This document shows positions 9,698-23,040 of a DNA stretch of 64,000 nt, in pieces; the first letter of the stretch is position 1; the number at the start of each line of letters is the position of its first letter. Origin of the DNA: Candidatus Shapirobacteria bacterium (GTDB taxonomy: Bacteria; Patescibacteriota; Microgenomatia; UBA12405). Made by a program: the position numbers and the translations under genes. The DNA is taken from contig JBAZTV010000001.1 of assembly GCA_041661765.1 (NCBI GenBank), forward strand, positions 7,755 through 71,754, written 5' to 3'. Under the pieces are notes generated by a model. It saw nothing but the letters and a program-made list of their open reading frames with translations. It did no database searches and was not told where the DNA came from.

Positions 9698-10794
9698 TAC
9701 CTCAACACACTCAACGGATCCAAATTCCCATTTGGACCTTTAATTTCAAAATGCAAATGAGTTCCAGTTGAACGACCGGTACTTCCCATTGTTCCAATTT
9801 TTTGCCCTTGTCTCACCACTTGTCCAGCTTGAACAATCACTGAGTTAGTCACCATATGAGCATACAAAGTTGTATATCCATTTCCATGATTAATCACTAC
9901 AAAATTACCATAACCACCACCATTCCATCCAGCACTCGTCACTGTTCCACCTTGTGCCGCCACAATCGCTGGATTACTATGATTAGCAATATCCACAGCT
10001 CGGTGATACCAATAATATTTTTGACTGATTGTTCCCGAAGTTGGCCACATAAAATTACCTTCGCCTTTAACACCTGCCACTGGTGCCACCGTTCTAGCCG
10101 CATATCTTGTCTTATCCAAAACAGTCTCTTGTGGTTTTATTCCATCTGGAACAATCAATTCTTGTCCAGCACTCAACGCAAAAGTTTCATCATTACTAAA
10201 AGTATTAAAAGGATAATCAATAATATTTTGAGCATCCACCTGATACGCCTTAGCAATACTATAAATAGTTTCTCCTCTTTTTACTTTATATCGAACCCCC
10301 GTCACCGGTAATATTCTTAAAATCTGCCCCACCTTAATCGCACCAACCGTTTTCAAGCTATTTTCCCACATAATTGTATCAATCGTCACCCCAAATTTTT
10401 GAGCAATCGATGATACTGTATCTCCATCCACCACCCGATATTCCGTAGTTTCTCCTTTTGGTAATCCCGAAACTAAAGTATCTGCACCACTATTATCTGC
10501 TGCCATAATCAAATAAGTACTTCCCTCTCCTTGATTACCACTACTATTAATTAAAGCTTCCAATTGACTCGAAAAAACTATAGTTAAGAAAGCCAAAATT
10601 GCCATACTCGCCCCAATAAAAGTCTGAGAAAATCTACCTCTCTGTCGATACATCATTTTCGAAGTCAATACTTTTAAAAAAAAGGTCCAACCCAAAAAAG
10701 TTTTTCCAAATCCATTCAAAAATCTCCCCTGCGCCTTAAGGAATTCACTCCACAATCTTACTTCACTATTAATATTTTCTTTAAAATCCGACAT
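9697..10794 (-). CDS. LysM-domain M23 family peptidoglycan endopeptidase
   Basis: Two LysM repeats (YRVVDGDTVSSIAQKFG, YKVKRGETIYSIAKAY); M23 motifs HRAVD, YAH, STGTHLHFE. Confidence 0.92.
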   Translation of the reverse strand: MSDFKENINSEVRLWSEFLKAQGRFLNGFGKTFLGWTFFLKVLTSKMMYRQRGRFSQTFIGASMAILAFLTIVFSSQLEALINSSGNQGEGSTYLIMAADNSGADTLVSGLPKGETTEYRVVDGDTVSSIAQKFGVTIDTIMWENSLKTVGAIKVGQILRILPVTGVRYKVKRGETIYSIAKAYQVDAQNIIDYPFNTFSNDETFALSAGQELIVPDGIKPQETVLDKTRYAARTVAPVAGVKGEGNFMWPTSGTISQKYYWYHRAVDIANHSNPAIVAAQGGTVTSAGWNGGGYGNFVVINHGNGYTTLYAHMVTNSVIVQAGQVVRQGQKIGTMGSTGRSTGTHLHFEIKGPNGNLDPLSVLR

Positions 10795-10846
10795 GACTTT
10801 TATATTATACCAATTAAATTAAAAACCCACCCCATTCTTACCAATT

Positions 10847-10978
10847 GTAGGGGTCAGGCATGCCTGACCCCTAACTAAAAAATTAACCATGTAGAGACGC
10901 CACGCATGGCGTCTCTACTAAAACAAAACAAATTAAATTCCCCTCCTTTAAGTCAAAGGAGGGGTTAGGGGTGGATTT
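10847..10978 (+). repeat. Two GTAG-type REP-like palindromes plus one family-A copy
   Basis: gtaggggtcaggcatgcctgacccc (10847); gtagagacgccacgcatggcgtctctac (10891-10918); family A 10938-10978. Confidence 0.85.
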
Positions 10979-10981
10979 TGT

Positions 10982-12412
10982 TTACTTTTTCCCAATCTTA
11001 TCCAAAAACTCCTGATTATTTTTAGTCTTAGCCATTTGGCCCAAAATCATCTCAGTAGTTTCTTCCGCCTTGCCTAAAGCATCAAACATTCTTCTAATTG
11101 AAATAATTTTAGCCATTACAGTTGGTTCTAAAAGTAAATTTTCCATTCTAGTTCCCGATCTCAAAATATCAAAAGCTGGAAAAATTCTTCTTTCAGCCAA
11201 ATTTCTTTCCAATCTCAATTCCATATTTCCAGTTCCCTTAAATTCTTCAAAAATCAAATCATCCATTTTTGAACCAGTATCCACCAAAGCTGTTCCAATA
11301 ATCGTCAACGAACCACCACCTTCAATTTTACGAGCGGCTCCAAAAAATCTTTTTGAAGGATACAAAGCAGCAGGGTCAAAACCACCCGACAATGTTCTCC
11401 CAGAAGTTGGAATTGCTAAATTGTAAGCTCGAGCCAGTCTGGTAATTGAGTCAAAAACAATAAACACATCTTTACCCATTTCTACCAATCTTTTAGCTCT
11501 TTCCATGGCAATTTCTGCCGATCGAGTTTGTTCTTCTGGTTTTTGATCAAAAGAAGACGCAATCACTTCACCTTTAATAAATCTTTGCATATCAGTCACT
11601 TCTTCTGGTCTTTCACCCACCAACACCGCCATCAAATGCACTTCTGGATAATTAATCGCAATACCTGCCGCAATTTCTTTCAATAAAGTAGTTTTACCAG
11701 CTTTAGGGGGTGACACCACCATACCTCTTTGACCAAATCCAATTGGTGAAAATAAATCAATAATTCTTGTCGAAGCTATATCAGCAGCAGTTTCCAGCTT
11801 TACCTGTTTTTGTGGATAAATTGGCACTAAATCTTTAAAATCTGGCCTATTTTGAACTTGTGATAATTCCAAATCATTAACTTTATCAATTCTCGTCATT
11901 GCCCAATATTTTTCATTTTCTTTAGGAGCCTTAGCTTGACCCAAAATCATATCCCCCACTCTTAATCCATACCGTCTAATTTGCATTGATCCAATAAAAG
12001 CATCTCTAACTGTTGGAATAAATTTAGGACGAACAAACCCCTGCCCATCTTGCATAATTTCCAAAGCCCCTAAAATAGACTCCGTTTGAACTGGAGCTGG
12101 TGGGTTATATTGAGCCTGTGGTCTTGGAGGTTGAATTGGTGCTTTTTGACCTGGTTGTACGTAAATAGTTTTTGGTTGTTCAGTTTTTACAAAAACCACT
12201 GCATTGTTATCTTTTGGTTTTTCTTCAGTTTTAACAGCCTCCCTGCTTGCCCGCCCACTGGCTGGGTCAAGGGAGGTGTTTCCGATTTCATCGGAAAGGG
12301 AGGGTTTAACCTCAGAGGGATTTTGAACAACAGGTTCTGCAACAGCAGAAACGGGTGGGTTTTTAACAACTGGATCCGCAACAACGACATCGTCGGTTTT
12401 TTTCTTTATCAT
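10982..12412 (-). CDS. rho: Transcription termination factor Rho
   Basis: PIGFGQRGMVVSPPKAGKTTLL, GERPEEVTD, DSITRLARAYN, FEEFKGTGNMEL; Pro-rich N-terminal extension containing repeat-derived peptide. Confidence 0.97.
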   Translation of the reverse strand: MIKKKTDDVVVADPVVKNPPVSAVAEPVVQNPSEVKPSLSDEIGNTSLDPASGRASREAVKTEEKPKDNNAVVFVKTEQPKTIYVQPGQKAPIQPPRPQAQYNPPAPVQTESILGALEIMQDGQGFVRPKFIPTVRDAFIGSMQIRRYGLRVGDMILGQAKAPKENEKYWAMTRIDKVNDLELSQVQNRPDFKDLVPIYPQKQVKLETAADIASTRIIDLFSPIGFGQRGMVVSPPKAGKTTLLKEIAAGIAINYPEVHLMAVLVGERPEEVTDMQRFIKGEVIASSFDQKPEEQTRSAEIAMERAKRLVEMGKDVFIVFDSITRLARAYNLAIPTSGRTLSGGFDPAALYPSKRFFGAARKIEGGGSLTIIGTALVDTGSKMDDLIFEEFKGTGNMELRLERNLAERRIFPAFDILRSGTRMENLLLEPTVMAKIISIRRMFDALGKAEETTEMILGQMAKTKNNQEFLDKIGKK

Positions 12413-12527
12413 TTTTTTTGGAAATTTTTAATCAATAATAATTACTTACGTAGGAACAGACCCTCGTGTCTGTTCAAATTAACAAAAAAACAAGGCAAAA
12501 ACGGGAAATTTCTTTATATTCAAACTA

Positions 12528-12556
12528 ATTCTATCTATTAATAGCCTCTCTGTCAA
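12528..12556 (-). promoter_or_regulatory. Sigma70-type promoter for rho
   Basis: TTGACA (12556-12551), 17-bp spacer, TAGAAT (12533-12528) on the minus strand. Confidence 0.7.
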
Positions 12557-12604
12557 GGGGTTCCCCCTCCTTTCGTCAAAGGAGGGGTTAGGGGTGGATT
12601 TAAA

Positions 12605-12655
12605 AATAGAGTTGAAAGTAGAAGACCTGCCCCCTCTTCTACTCTCAACTCTATT
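12605..12655. repeat. 21-bp inverted repeat hairpin (possible terminator)
   Basis: aatagagttgaaagtagaaga ... tcttctactctcaactctatt, 20/21 complementary. Confidence 0.6.
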
Positions 12656-13383
12656 CTCAAAGCTAAATTAATTTAATTTAACCAACAGATCGGTTAATCT
12701 TAATTTGACTTTTCTACCAAATTTACCTATCTTAGATATTGAAGAAACAATGTTATTCGTGTTCCACCTGCTTTGAGAACATCGGTAGCTTTGTTTCTTT
12801 TTCGTTTCTTTAGCTAAAAATTCAAGTCATAGACGATGAATTTTTGTCTAAAGACACGATACCGGCGAAGCCGGTATATAACCGATTAAGTGAAATTCGG
12901 GGTATCAGCCCTTTTCTCTTTTCGGGTCTATTTTTAAAGTTACATCAAAATCAGCTTTCCTCTAAGTTTACCCATCTCTTTAAACTGTTTCTCCGCCCAA
13001 GTATCTTTTTTCTTGCCGGATTTTTTTGCGTTTTTAGAAGAAAACATTTTTTTAATTAATTGAAGCATTAAATTAGTATAACTCCCTTTTTGCCCTTGTC
13101 TATATCCTATATTAATTTGCCTCCCCAAAATCAACAATCCTATAATTTTTTATTTATAAAAAATAGGTTTATTTTTACCACTTTTAAACCATTTTCAGTC
13201 ATTGTGGATAACCTGAGGATAATTAAAATAAGGACTTCTCCCTTGCTTGTCCGTCCGTAGCTTTAGCGAAGGAGGATTAAGGAGAACTGCCCGCAGGGCT
13301 AAGTGGCTTTAAAACCAAAAAAAAAGGGAAAACACAATATCTAAAAAATTAGACATTATATTTCCCCTTAAGACAGACATACT

Positions 13384-13740
13384 TTAACACATTCCATCAG
13401 TCAGATAGAATTCCAAATAATCCTTTATCTCATCAACTCTCTTCCCGGTAAATACACTAATTGTATGAAAAACCTCTATTTGCTCCACCTTTAAGTATTT
13501 CCATTTTACTTCTTCTTTTCCCCACAACTTAAAACTAATTCTCGACCAAAACGTAATTTCTTTAACTTGCCACAACCCGGTTCTTAGAGAAAAACACAAA
13601 AACTGACTTACAATTTTATTACCATTTCTATTATTGATTACTTCCAATTCTAATCCGTTCATAACTGAGCTCCTAATCACCTCTGCCAATTCCATCATTT
13701 CAAAAACCTCCCTCACTTTCTTAAATAATTTCGATATCAA
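13384..13740 (-). CDS. Hypothetical protein
   Basis: 118-aa ORF with minus-strand composition; start uncertain. Confidence 0.45.
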   Translation of the reverse strand: MISKLFKKVREVFEMMELAEVIRSSVMNGLELEVINNRNGNKIVSQFLCFSLRTGLWQVKEITFWSRISFKLWGKEEVKWKYLKVEQIEVFHTISVFTGKRVDEIKDYLEFYLTDGMC

Positions 13741-13928
13741 TAAAGTTAGTTATTAAAGTACTACTGGCCAATTATATCATCACATTTTTTTATTATGCCA
13801 ACATTATTATAAATAATAAAATATTTTAAAATGAAAAAGGCCCCGATCGAAAATTAAAAATTGATAACACATACGCGTCACCCATTTTTAATCACCTCTC
13901 AGAGCCCCTTAAACTAAAAGATAAATTA

Positions 13929-14348
13929 TTATTTTACCGAATGGCGATGTCCTCTATAAAAATCACTGCGTTTAAGTGGAATTTTTTTTATAACAAGTAT
14001 TATTCTTGTTATTTCATTTTCTTCTTGTATTTCTTCAAAAGAAACCTCCTTGAAAGAAAGAATCTCTGGATGAAATCCAATCTCATCATCTGTTTCTAAT
14101 ATTAATAAAACCAAAGATGATGAATTTTTCCCAAAATGTTCCATAAAATTAATAACATCAAAAAACTTACCCTCACAGACTATTATGCTTGTATTTTCAG
14201 AATCGACCACCATTTTATCAATAGTTTTTAAAATTGATTCTCCTTGGTAAAACACCACCTCTGGTCCATACACCTTCCAAATTATTTCCTTTAACTCTGG
14301 ATTTCTTTTCAAAACTCCATTAGAAACAACCACACTTTTTTTCTTCAT
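13929..14348 (-). CDS. Hypothetical protein
   Basis: 139-aa ORF; ATG preceded by AAGGGGAA on the minus strand. Confidence 0.55.
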   Translation of the reverse strand: MKKKSVVVSNGVLKRNPELKEIIWKVYGPEVVFYQGESILKTIDKMVVDSENTSIIVCEGKFFDVINFMEHFGKNSSSLVLLILETDDEIGFHPEILSFKEVSFEEIQEENEITRIILVIKKIPLKRSDFYRGHRHSVK

Positions 14349-14545
14349 TACAAATTCCCCTTTTCTTATTTTTTATTCTGCATAAGCAGTAATCTAGACA
14401 CCTAGTGTCCACAGTACCACCTACAAGAATATTTAAATTTATCTCTTAATTTTCAAAGTACTTTAAATAACCACTACTATTCATGCTTTTTATAAATAGT
14501 GTAATCATTTAATTCTCAGCATTATATATTATAAGATACAAAAAG

Positions 14546-15922
14546 TCAAGTTTTTAACTCCTTCACATTCTTTATCTCCACCAATTTCCTCCCCAAACTT
14601 TTCGCTTCCTTCTTTCTTTTCTCCAAATTCCTCACCTTTCTCACTTCTCCCAACAAACTCACCTCACCCACATAAACAGGAAGATTTCTCTCCTTGTTAA
14701 GGAGAGATTTAGAGGGGTTTGAACCAAGGGGCAGATTTCGATACGAACTCCACATTGCCGCCAACACCGCCAAGTCCGCCGCCGTCTCATCAATTTTCAC
14801 TCCACCCGTCACCGACAAAAACACATCATATTTATACAAAGGTATCCCTAAACTTTTTTGAGCAATCGCCACCATTAATTGTCCCCGATTATAATCAATC
14901 CCCGAAAAAATTCTTTTCGGCATCGGCGCAAAACTTTCCACTACCAAAGCTTGAATTTCCAACATCATCGGTCTAGTTCCCTCCATCACAACAGTAACAG
15001 CACTCCCAATTTTACTTTCCTTACTCTCGATTAAATTAATTTCTTCCGATTTAATTTCTCGAAGTCCTTTTTCCTCCATTTTAAAAACCCCCACCTCATC
15101 CGTCGGACCAAACCGATTTTTACTAGTTCGAAGAATTCTTAAGTCCCCATTTTTTTCTCCCTCAAAATACAAAACCGTATCTACCATGTGTTCCAACAGT
15201 TTTGGTCCAGCAATATCCCCATCCTTCGTCACATGTCCCACAATAAAAATTGCCATCCCTTTTTTCTTTGCCATTTGTATTAATCTAAAAGTTGATTCCT
15301 TAATCTGACTTACAGATCCGGCTCCCCCAGATATCAGCGATCCGGAGCCATTGGCGTAGGACGCCATCACCTGAATCGAGTCTACCACCGCTATTTTGTA
15401 CAACTTTTGTGTTCGATCCAAAAACTCCTCCAATTCATCAATCGAATTTGTGCCTAAAACATCGAAGTTATTCGCATTTAAACCTAACCTTTTTACCCTC
15501 AACCCAATTTGCTCCGCCGATTCCTCCCCAGCCACATATAATCCACCTATCTTTCCAATTAATTGAGTCAATAAAGTACTCTTACCAATCCCTGGTTCTC
15601 CAGAAAAAAGTACCGCCGACCCTTGAACAATTCCTTTACCCAAAACTCTATCAAATTCGGAAATACCCGTAGAAAACACACATGAATTTGTAGGAACAGA
15701 CCCTCGTGTCTGTTCCTTGTTTTTATCAAAATCCCCTAAATTAACAATTTCTAATTTCTCTCCTCCAATTTTTATTTTATTTTTTATTTTTCCATTTCCT
15801 AAAAATTTATTTGAAACTTCTTTCAATGAATTCCACTCCCCACAACCACCACACTGCCCCGCCCATTTTCCAAATTCATTTCCACAATTACTACATACAA
15901 AAACCGTCTCTTTATTTTTCAT
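14546..15922 (-). CDS. radA: DNA repair protein RadA/Sms
   Basis: CxxC..CxxC zinc finger; GEPGIGKSTLL; GPKLLEHMVD; KNRFG; Lon-like C-terminus. Confidence 0.97.
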   Translation of the reverse strand: MKNKETVFVCSNCGNEFGKWAGQCGGCGEWNSLKEVSNKFLGNGKIKNKIKIGGEKLEIVNLGDFDKNKEQTRGSVPTNSCVFSTGISEFDRVLGKGIVQGSAVLFSGEPGIGKSTLLTQLIGKIGGLYVAGEESAEQIGLRVKRLGLNANNFDVLGTNSIDELEEFLDRTQKLYKIAVVDSIQVMASYANGSGSLISGGAGSVSQIKESTFRLIQMAKKKGMAIFIVGHVTKDGDIAGPKLLEHMVDTVLYFEGEKNGDLRILRTSKNRFGPTDEVGVFKMEEKGLREIKSEEINLIESKESKIGSAVTVVMEGTRPMMLEIQALVVESFAPMPKRIFSGIDYNRGQLMVAIAQKSLGIPLYKYDVFLSVTGGVKIDETAADLAVLAAMWSSYRNLPLGSNPSKSLLNKERNLPVYVGEVSLLGEVRKVRNLEKRKKEAKSLGRKLVEIKNVKELKT

Positions 15923-15946
15923 TACCAATTATAACAATACTGCTCT

Positions 15947-16228
15947 GTACGGGCGAGGCGTGACTCGCCCTTAATAATTAATATTTATATATTTTATTAT
16001 TGTAGAGATGCCATGCGTGGCGTCTCTACAAATTTTAAAAATATTTCATCCTTTTTTAAGGGAGGATGTCAAAAAGACAGGAGGGTTTAAAAATAAATTT
16101 AAAAGATAAATTAATCAGAAAAAAATAAAAATTAATTTCTAGGGCCTCTCACGAAGTCACCACTAAAAATCCCCGATTTCTCGGGGATTTTTATAATCAT
16201 GTAGAGACGTTGCGCGCAACGTCTCTAC
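15947..16228 (+). repeat. Intergenic palindrome cluster (three GTAG/GTAC REP-like copies, one family-A copy, one ATCCCCGA hairpin)
   Basis: 15947-15972, 16002-16029, 16047-16088, 16165-16192, 16201-16228. Confidence 0.8.
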
Positions 16229-16240
16229 TAAAACCACAAT

Positions 16241-17356
16241 TTACTTATAAATCACATTCTTCTTACTAGTCTCCACAATTCCCAAAGAGATTTTTCTCTT
16301 TTGGACATCAATACTTTCAATATAAACTTGAACTGTCTCACCTTCTTTTACTGTCACCCCACCAGTCAATTTAGAAATATGGATTAACCCTTCAACTCCA
16401 GTTTCCAATTTCACCAAAGCTCCAAAATTAGCAATTCGAACCACTTCACCTTCAACTTCTTTATCTTTTGGATATTTTTCTTCAATTATTGACCATGGAT
16501 CATCAGACAATCTCTTAATTGAAAATTGTAATCTACTATCATCCTTATTAATCAATTTAATTTTAACTTTATCTTTAGCTCTATACATTTGAGAAAGGTC
16601 ACTCACCTTTTCCCAAGAAATTTCCGAAATATGAACCAATCCTTCCAAATTTAAAGGTGCACCCTTATTATCAGTATTAACTCGAACAAAAATACCAAAT
16701 GGCTCAACTCTAACAATATCAGCATCAAAAACATCACCAACTGCTAAATTCTCAATTGCCCCAACCTCTTCACCCACTTTTTCCGGTTCAGACACTAATC
16801 TCTCCGAAAAAACCAATCTGTTTTTAGCTTGATCAACTTCCAAAACTTTAGTTTTGATTTTCTTACCCATCATTTTATCTGGATCACCATCATATTTACT
16901 TCCAATTTGAGAACCAGGAATAAATCCAAAAAAACCAAATGGTGCAACCACAACCGTTCCACCTCTATTTAATTCCTTAGCAAAGACAGTCACCTCACCA
17001 CCACTCTTTTCCTTTTCTTTAAAGTAGTTCCAACCATAGCCACTAGCTGCTCCACGAATTGAAGCCAAAATTTGGCCCTTATCATTTTCTGGTGATTTAA
17101 TTTGAACTTCAATTTCATCATTTACCTTCAAATCAGCCACATAATCTTTTACAAATTCAAACTCCTTTCCAGCTACCATTGCGTCGGTTTTACCACCAAC
17201 ATCAATATAAATTGCTTTATTCTTAATTGCTGTAATTCTCCCTTTAACTTCCTGTCCTTTTTTAAGTCCAACTAATTGAACTCCTTCCATCTTTAAAAGA
17301 TCCGCCATTGTTAAAGCAGCATCACTTTTTTTTACTTTTTTGTCCTTATTTTTCAT
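16241..17356 (-). CDS. rpsA: 30S ribosomal protein S1 (four S1 domains)
   Basis: Repeated S1 motifs GFIPGSQI, EGLVHISEISW, EGLIHISKL; ATG at 17356 chosen. Confidence 0.92.
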   Translation of the reverse strand: MKNKDKKVKKSDAALTMADLLKMEGVQLVGLKKGQEVKGRITAIKNKAIYIDVGGKTDAMVAGKEFEFVKDYVADLKVNDEIEVQIKSPENDKGQILASIRGAASGYGWNYFKEKEKSGGEVTVFAKELNRGGTVVVAPFGFFGFIPGSQIGSKYDGDPDKMMGKKIKTKVLEVDQAKNRLVFSERLVSEPEKVGEEVGAIENLAVGDVFDADIVRVEPFGIFVRVNTDNKGAPLNLEGLVHISEISWEKVSDLSQMYRAKDKVKIKLINKDDSRLQFSIKRLSDDPWSIIEEKYPKDKEVEGEVVRIANFGALVKLETGVEGLIHISKLTGGVTVKEGETVQVYIESIDVQKRKISLGIVETSKKNVIYK

Positions 17357-17578
17357 ATTTTTATCTTTTTTTTGTTTAGTCGACCGTAGCCTTGGCGAAG
17401 GTGACCCATAAAACAAAAAATCCCGATTTATTCGGGATTGTAGGGGTACTCTTCCGTAGTTTTAGCGCAGGAGAGCCCAAATAAATTAATAATAAAACAC
17501 TTAAATTTATTGAATCGAATTCTTTTTAAGTCCCTCTTGTCAAAGAGGGATTTAGGGAGATTGTATTTAGTTTCTGAA

Positions 17579-17696
17579 TTCTGGCCACGACCTATCTTCA
17601 AGATCCCTTGCGGGAAGACTATTGTCAGCGCTAAAGCGTTTCACTTCTCTGTTCGAAATGGGAAGAGGTGGTTCCACCTCGCTCCAATGACCAGAG
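17579..17696 (-). rRNA. rrf: 5S rRNA
   Basis: Minus strand ctctggtc...gaaccacctcttcccatttcgaacagagaagtgaaacg...ggccaga with pairing termini; immediately downstream of 23S. Confidence 0.9.
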
Positions 17697-17824
17697 TTCA
17701 AAAACTAAACTAATCGAAATGTATTGTAATTTAATTAAAATTCTTTTTTCTTGGCCTCTAAATTGAGTTGCCCTATTCAGCTTCCAAACCCAAATTTTGA
17801 TTGGGGCTGAAAGCCAAACATATT

Positions 17825-20797
<2,973 letters not shown>

Positions 20798-20968
20798 ATA
20801 TTTGGCAACTCAATTTAGTTGCCAAGAATAAACGAAATTGAAATTAAATTACTTTCGATTCAATAAATTGTTAATGTACAAATACTTAGTTAAAGGAGAT
20901 AAATTTCTTTGTCTCCTTATTTCTAACCATTTATTTAGTGGATTTATCCACCGTAGCTTTAGCGTAGG

Positions 20969-21042
20969 TGGACCTGGGGAGAGTCGAACTCCCGACCTCC
21001 TCATTGCAAATGAGGCGCTATAACCAACTAAGCCACAGGCCC
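20969..21042 (-). tRNA. tRNA-Ala(TGC)
   Basis: GGGCCTG/CAGGTCC acceptor stem with G3:U70; anticodon loop TTTGCAA; TTCGA T-loop; complete CCA not encoded. Confidence 0.95.
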
Positions 21043-21210
21043 AAGTGCTTTCTTCTTTAAAGTACTGCTTTCAAGCATTAAAAAACCGAAAGCTAAATGC
21101 TTTCGGTCAATCTCCTATTTTACAATTTACTTTTCTAAGCGGGCAATCCCCCTTTATTAAAGTTTTTATTATTTTTTAGGTTGACTTTTAGCATCTCGAT
21201 AAGTGGAAGT

Positions 21211-21239
21211 ATTCTACCTAATTTAAATATTCCCGTCAA
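21211..21239 (-). promoter_or_regulatory. Promoter for tRNA-Ala-23S-5S
   Basis: TTGACG-17 bp-TAGAAT on the minus strand. Confidence 0.7.
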
Positions 21240-21267
21240 CACGCAAATCTATTTTCAATAGAACCAA

Positions 21268-21903
21268 TTATTTCTTCATTTTTACTTTAATTATTTCCAC
21301 TCCAATCGGTATCACTGAGACAAATATTATCGCCAATACCACATATTCAAAATTTGCTTTCATTACCGGAATATTTCCCAAAAAATACCCTCCAAAAATA
21401 AACAAAGTATTCCACAATAAAGATCCGATCACACTAAAAGTTAAAAATTTTAAATAAGGCATCTTCCCAATTCCTGCCACAAACGGAGCAAAAGTTCTCA
21501 CTATTGGTACAAACCTTGCCAAAATCACTGCCTTTGTCCCATATTTAGCATAAAAATCCTGTGTCTTCTCTAAATGTTTTCTTTTAAGAAATTTATTATT
21601 TGATTCAAATAGTTTTTGACCAACCAATCGTCCCACCCAATAGTTAACATTATCTCCAAGAAAAACTGCTGTTATTAACAATAAATAAAGTCCCACCACA
21701 TTAAACATTCCTTGTGCCGCCAAAGCTCCAGCTGCAAATAAAAGTGAATCACCTGGCAAAAACGGAGTGAACACCAATCCTGTCTCCATAAAAAGTATTC
21801 CCGCCAAAATTCCATAACTCAAAGTACCGTATGTTTGGGTAATAATTAAAAGATGTTCATCAATATGTAAAACAAAATCAATTATATTCATTAAAAATTC
21901 CAT
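21268..21903 (-). CDS. dedA: DedA family membrane protein
   Basis: FMETGLVFTPFLPGDSLLFAAG; ARFVPIVRTFAPFVAG. Confidence 0.95.
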   Translation of the reverse strand: MEFLMNIIDFVLHIDEHLLIITQTYGTLSYGILAGILFMETGLVFTPFLPGDSLLFAAGALAAQGMFNVVGLYLLLITAVFLGDNVNYWVGRLVGQKLFESNNKFLKRKHLEKTQDFYAKYGTKAVILARFVPIVRTFAPFVAGIGKMPYLKFLTFSVIGSLLWNTLFIFGGYFLGNIPVMKANFEYVVLAIIFVSVIPIGVEIIKVKMKK

Positions 21904-21906
21904 GTC

Positions 21907-23040
21907 CTAATTATACATTACCAACTCCCAAATACCCTTATCTTCTCCCTCATATCCCAACGCCCAAAATCCTACTCCTCCCAACTGATTTTGTTTCACC
22001 AAGTCAAGCTTTGCTTTCAAACTTCTCTCATTTTCAAAATATATCTGATGTATTTCCCCATCTTCTTCAAATACCACCCACGGCGTCATCGATAGTTCAT
22101 CAAAATTTGATGTAAGGGCAGACCCTTGTGTCTGCCCATCAAAAAACTCTTTCATCCGTTTCCAACTAGCCATTTGATACCAACCTCTAATCACTGGTGC
22201 TTCAAAATCTTTTGTATAAGTTTTCCATTCATATCCATAAAGCGGATAAGCCATCACTATTTTTTCTTTATTTATATTCAAAGCTAAAATTTTTTCCACC
22301 ACTTCCATAATATTTCTATCTCCTGGTTTCGATTCAATTGGTGCCACCGCTCCAGCATAATTCACCCCTGGTCGATGAAAATCATAAGCCATAATAATTA
22401 AATTATCGACTGAATTAATCAGACCATTAATTTGTTCCGCTGATCCCTTATTAATAGTGTTCACAAAAATATCTAAACTAATTTCTCCCAAATCACTTTC
22501 TTTTAACTTAGCCATAAAACCGACCATTTCTTCCGATAAAACTGCTGTCGGATTTCCTTGATATTCAAAATCCACATTAATCCCATCAAACTTTTCTGTT
22601 TGCCGAAGAGTTTTTAATTGATTAATCAAATTATTTTGGGCTTCAGTCGAAGCCATTAATCTATCAATTTTCTCATCAATAAACAGTTTAATCCCCAAAA
22701 TATTTTTGCCACCATTTTCCCAAATCAAGTCTTTTTGTTTTAAATAATTTTCATTATTTATTTTTTTCGATTGACCATCCCAAATCAAATTCCCTTTTTC
22801 ATCAACTTCTATTCCCAAAAAAATCAAATAATCAATTTCATCCGTATATTCAATTGTTTTTCCAACCATCCAAGTCGGCAAAAAACCAAATACTTTAATA
22901 GAAGCTCCCTTGTTAAGGGGAGATTTAGAGGGGTTTTGATTCTCAGACAACGGATTTAATATCTCCATTTTTCCATTCCAATAAAAATATCCAGCTAGTA
23001 TTACCAAAAATAATCCCAAACCTAAAAAAACCTTTTTCAT
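21907..23040 (-). CDS. Glycoside hydrolase family 18 protein
   Basis: FDGINVDFE catalytic motif; IMAYDF; GVGFWALG; N-terminal anchor. Confidence 0.9.
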   Translation of the reverse strand: MKKVFLGLGLFLVILAGYFYWNGKMEILNPLSENQNPSKSPLNKGASIKVFGFLPTWMVGKTIEYTDEIDYLIFLGIEVDEKGNLIWDGQSKKINNENYLKQKDLIWENGGKNILGIKLFIDEKIDRLMASTEAQNNLINQLKTLRQTEKFDGINVDFEYQGNPTAVLSEEMVGFMAKLKESDLGEISLDIFVNTINKGSAEQINGLINSVDNLIIMAYDFHRPGVNYAGAVAPIESKPGDRNIMEVVEKILALNINKEKIVMAYPLYGYEWKTYTKDFEAPVIRGWYQMASWKRMKEFFDGQTQGSALTSNFDELSMTPWVVFEEDGEIHQIYFENERSLKAKLDLVKQNQLGGVGFWALGYEGEDKGIWELVMYN

